Part shown: positions 59,896 through 64,000 of the stretch, in pieces
Layout: every line of letters begins with the position of its first letter
Numbering within the stretch: position 1 is the stretch's first letter
From: Selaginella moellendorffii
Taxonomy: Eukaryota > Plantae > Lycopodiophyta
NCBI RefSeq assembly: GCF_000143415.4
Contig: NW_003314322.1
Location: 1,190,067-1,254,066, forward strand
Direction of reading: 5' to 3'
DNA: 64,000 nucleotides
The notes under the pieces: generated by a model
The model's database searches: none
Told to the model about the DNA's origin: nothing
What the model saw: only the letters and a program-made list of their open reading frames with translations
Translations under genes and position numbers: made by a program

Positions 59896-62800
59896 TGTGA
59901 GACACAAAATCCCTAGGCCCCAAAGTGGAGCCGGAAGGGTGCCACATGGTAGTGGCCGAAGCGAAAGCCAAACGAGTGTAACACGTTTGGGCCAAAAGCT
60001 CCGCCTTGAAAGGTCGAGAGCGGGAGTGGAACTCCTAACGAAGGGCTCGAGGAATGAGCACAAAACGAGCAATAAGCGAGGCTCCAAAAAGGGACCCAAA
60101 AGGACCAAGACATGACACATGGTAGTGTCCGAGAAGGACCCGAGATGGAGTCCGAGGTGGAGTCCGAAGTGGAGTCCGAGTTGGAGTCCGAAGTGGAGTC
60201 CGAGGTGGACCCGAGATGGACCCGAGATCGAGTCCGAGGTGGACCCGAGATGGACCCGAAATGGAGTCCGAGATGGAGTCCGAGATTGAGTCCGAGATGG
60301 ACCTGAGATGGAGTCCGAGATGGACCGAGACGGAGTCCGAGATGGAGTCCGAGATGGAGTCCGAGATGGAGTCCGAGACGGAGTCCGAGATGGACCCGAG
60401 ATGGAGTCTGAGATGGACCCGAGATGGAGTCCGAGATGGACCCGAGACGGAGTCCGAGATGGAGTCCGAGATGGAGTCCGAGATGGAGTCTGAGATGGAC
60501 CCGAGACCGAGACCGAGGCCGAAGCCGAGACCGAGACCGAGTCCGAGTCCGAAACCGGGACCGAGACCGAGTTCGAGTCCGAGTTCGAGCCCGAGTCCGA
60601 GTCCGAATACTAATACAGACAGTTGGGTGAAAGCCCAAAGCAATCGTCCCCCAGGGGGGGGGGGGCTGCAGGGGGTTCCAAAAGTATAGTAGGGAGAGTG
60701 TGGGGGTTGGAGCCCTGTGGAGCCAGTTTGGCCCAGGAAAGGCCAGTTGGGCCCAGGAAGGCCAGACCCAGTGTTGGGTGATGAACTGACCACTGGGAAG
60801 TCCAAGACTAGAGTGAATACGGACCGACAAGCGGGGTAGCTTGGTGAAGCGTTCAAGAGCCGGCTCTAGTTCCCCCGGGAGATCGACTGGCCGATGCTCC
60901 CAGTCCAAGTGTGGGTGGCACTACCTACTTAGATACCAGGCGTGGCTCAACGGAACCTCGCTCTAAGCCCATGGCTAGAGCACCCAATGGTAGAAGGCAA
61001 GGAGAGTACCTAGGTGGCTCGCGTAAGGCCACGGTGTTCCGAAATGTTGCCCCAAAGGCCCAGACTGTGGAAAGGAAGGGGAGCAGTCCTCTGGGGTAGT
61101 GACCAAGGACACAGTCGTGTGGCGAGGAAGTCCCAGAGGACCGTGGGACTTAGTGGTCGGGCCTGTGGGTCTTGATCAAGTGGCAGTGTTGGCAAACATG
61201 GCCAGGGGCAGAAAGGGACTTAGTGGGGACTGACAGAGGGATATTGGGGAAGGCTATTCCCCTTGTCGGTGGGCATCCTAAGGATGCTAAGGAGTGGATC
61301 TAAGATGACCACTTACGGATGGTTTGCCTAGTCTTGGAGAGCCAAGACTGTGATGCAAGTGGTATTGGACTACCAGTGTGGCAAAGGTGATTGGGCATGG
61401 CCTTAGCGTAACGGGCTGCTATGTCGGTGGTACCTTTGAGTGTCGGTCATGGGATCGGACACGTGGAGCACTTGGACCAAGTGCAAATGTTGAGTGGCAT
61501 GGATGCCATTCTCGGGGCTAGCAAGTCCCAAGTCCTGGATTGGACTTATGGAGGTTGTGAATGAGACTCCTCCAAGTGGTCGGAGGTGTGGTTAAGTGAC
61601 TAAAGTAGAATGAAAAATTTAGTCGCTTACAACTTGGTATCGGAGCTGTTCCTTAGTCCGACTTTTATTGGTGCTCAAGTATATCACCATTGATATTGGC
61701 ATTGGAAGGTCCTAGGGGTGGGCTTATCCTTGAGGAGTAGCATGCCGAGAGGACATGGCTCTCCACTCAAGTTCATGCGTGACTTGGGTGCGATGTGGTG
61801 GATAGAAAAGGGGCCAGTAAAGGAACGACTTTGGGATCTTGGGAACAGTATATGGTTTTCCTCAGAGAGTTGAGGATGTGATCCAGATGAGCGTTTGACT
61901 TAGCAAACTGGCTAATGTAGTTGTGGAAAACAACTACAGTTGGGATCACGGGAAAGATAAAGACTCCAAAGCAATAAAGGAGTCACAAGATTATCCTCAT
62001 ATAGTTGAGGTTGGTGCTCATGAATGTGAGACCAGAAGTAATGACCGTGGGAGGTCAAATACGGAAGAGGACCCAAGTCCTTGAAATGGTAGCCGGGGCT
62101 ACCTTTAATAAATGCTGGAACAACCCAAGGAGTTGGGGGGTGTACTTAGAGATGAGTGGTATTCTCATCACATGGACAAGTAGTCCTAAGGGGCAAAGGT
62201 TGCCCCCAGAGAACAAAATCAAGTGTCAGAGTAACACTTGTGAAAATAGTCCTTTTGAGTAGGACAGGAATGCAAAAAGTGTATTTCAGTGAGCTAGTGC
62301 CTCACAAGTAGGACCTTACGAGTTTGTGGATTAACCAAGTCCAAAACTGCTAGATGACTCAAGTAGAGTCAAGGAATGGTCCTAAAAGGACTGATGGAAG
62401 CATTTGGACTGAGGTGTGTTGTACCCCACGAAGGATGGGGGAGGATCATAGGATCCAAGGATGAGAACAGAGGGTATCTCATCGATGGCAAAATGTGCCA
62501 TGCTAAAGTCGTGGGAAAGGTGTTCCCAAAAAGAAAACAACTTTGACACAAAGTTGTGTGTGACCTCTATGGTGCAGTGCTAACAGATGGTTGGCATGAG
62601 AAAGAGCAATATTGGTCTTGGCAAAGACTTAGACACAAAGAAGAAGTGTCATAGAGGTAGGCTCGTGGAGCTGATGGTGTGGAGACACCAAAGGTGCCAA
62701 GGTGTGATACCTTGAGGCTATGTTGGTGGGTTCATGAGAACCCCTTGCCAAAGGAATCCCAATGGAAATGGGAATGGCATAGCCTAAACTGCAGAGCATG

Positions 62801-64000
62801 CAGTTGGAGTGTGGTGACCCAGATAATGATGGGGGTGTGAAAGCACCAAGCAATGAGTAGTAGGATTTGACAACTATGAGGCAACTAAGCAAGAGGTGCA
62901 AAATAACTGGTTAAACGGGTAGAAGGTAGCTACCCAAGACTTCTAGCATAGGGAAGTCGGACATACCCTTACGGGGGATAAGTTGCTTATGTTGCAATAT
63001 AGTAAGTCAATGTCATAAAAGGAAATACTCATTGTCAAGAAAGCCATCATTGGGACACCCAAACACTCTAGAACACCAGAAGGTGGTGTTTGATGTCGCG
63101 AGGGCAATGGATAAGGCCCAAGGGACTAAGTCCCTAGCGAATGATGGATAGAAGGTGCTATCCAAATGTCCAAGGTTGCGGAGACAGGAGAGGACTGTCT
63201 ACCCAAGTTGGACAAAGCCAAAAATGGAATTTTGGCAAGGCTAGTGATGGGCATGTAAAGGCCCATAAGCAACAATGTAATCCCAGTGTGTGGGATTATA
63301 AGGTGAGCATACCCGGATTGAGGAACCACTCCCTGGGCTATTGGGTAGGTTCATCCCTAAGAATACTTGCTAAGGCATGATAGAAAGTGCAAAGCTATCC
63401 TCTTGGTCTGGAGGAGAATAACCAAAGGAAACATATGGGGCCAAAAGGCAAGTAGTATTGGGATGGAACTGAACCATAGAAATCGAAGGGCATAACCAAG
63501 GTTGGTTATGCCAGCTAGGAGTGGAGAATCAAGTGGGGGCTCGAGGGTGTTGCCGCTAGCAACCGTGATGCCATGGAGAGTCTAGAATATGGAATTATCC
63601 ATGTTAGACTATGTGGCAATTGGAAAGCTTGCAAAAAGGGAGGCCTTAGCAAGCTAGTTCCTTCAAGGTTCCCAAAGACGATTCTAGGTAGCTTAGTACC
63701 TAGAAAGGCCAAGTGTAAATGGTTCATAGAACGCGCGAAATCAGAGTGGCGTAGCAGAAGCGTGGTCTTGAAGCTTGCCATGAGGCAAGGCTATCAAGGT
63801 TAGGGAAGTAGTTCCCGAGTGTTCAAAGAGAGGGCTTTGAACGAAAGTTGATGGTTAAGGACTTCCACGCTTATGCATGAACCATGTTACGGTGGCCGGA
63901 TGACTTGCTAAGTGAGATTGGCAAGTTGGGGGGAACAAATACCCTAGTTGAAGGTGCTAACTTCAAAAAGGGTGGCCCATGGGGCCAAGCATGGAGGAGC
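59896..64000 (+). mobile_element. Large degenerate LTR element: ~1.7-kb 5' LTR ending at 61631, PBS, non-coding internal region running off the window
   Basis: ...GCTTACA then act-TGGTATCGGAGC (iMet PBS, 61635). LTR start uncertain (TGTGAG at 59896 or TGTAAC at 59977); no intact ORF downstream. Confidence 0.65.
60130..60606. repeat. Minisatellite (GAGATGGAGTCC)n grading into (CCGAGW)n
   Basis: Directly visible 12-bp and 6-bp periodicity. Confidence 0.95.

Noticed and set aside
59913-60908. Long ORFs on both strands (MESE, SDSI, RT/RS repeats)
   Set aside because: They arise from a stop-free minisatellite inside a probable LTR; no sign of a real gene.

Overview
Eukaryotic land-plant nuclear DNA. 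Short (~50-80 nt) GT-AG introns, many PLS-class PPR genes and an algal/bryophyte-type SLT sulfate transporter suggest a lycophyte such as Selaginella (inference, not searched). A compact gene block at 10.3-24.6 kb holds a short PPR, Ran, an Alba/RGG protein, serine acetyltransferase head-to-head with an SLC13/TrkA-C (SLT-type) transporter, a DYW-type PPR, delta-COP and RPS6. Further genes are NPF/PTR transporters, an M3A oligopeptidase (one full copy, two relics), a 63-aa secreted peptide with two SGP motifs, two long tandem PLS-PPR ORFs and two CENP-V/GFA genes. The rest is mobile DNA and gene debris: the end of a Ty3/gypsy element, a deleted Copia with TA...TA LTRs, a TRIM, Cassandra-like LTRs carrying 5S rRNA sequence, MITE-like repeats, a CACTA element whose empty site lies elsewhere in the window, a large degenerate LTR element, and a ~2.6-kb mosaic module present twice. 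All family calls come from motif recognition by eye; multi-exon gene coordinates give the outer start and stop only.
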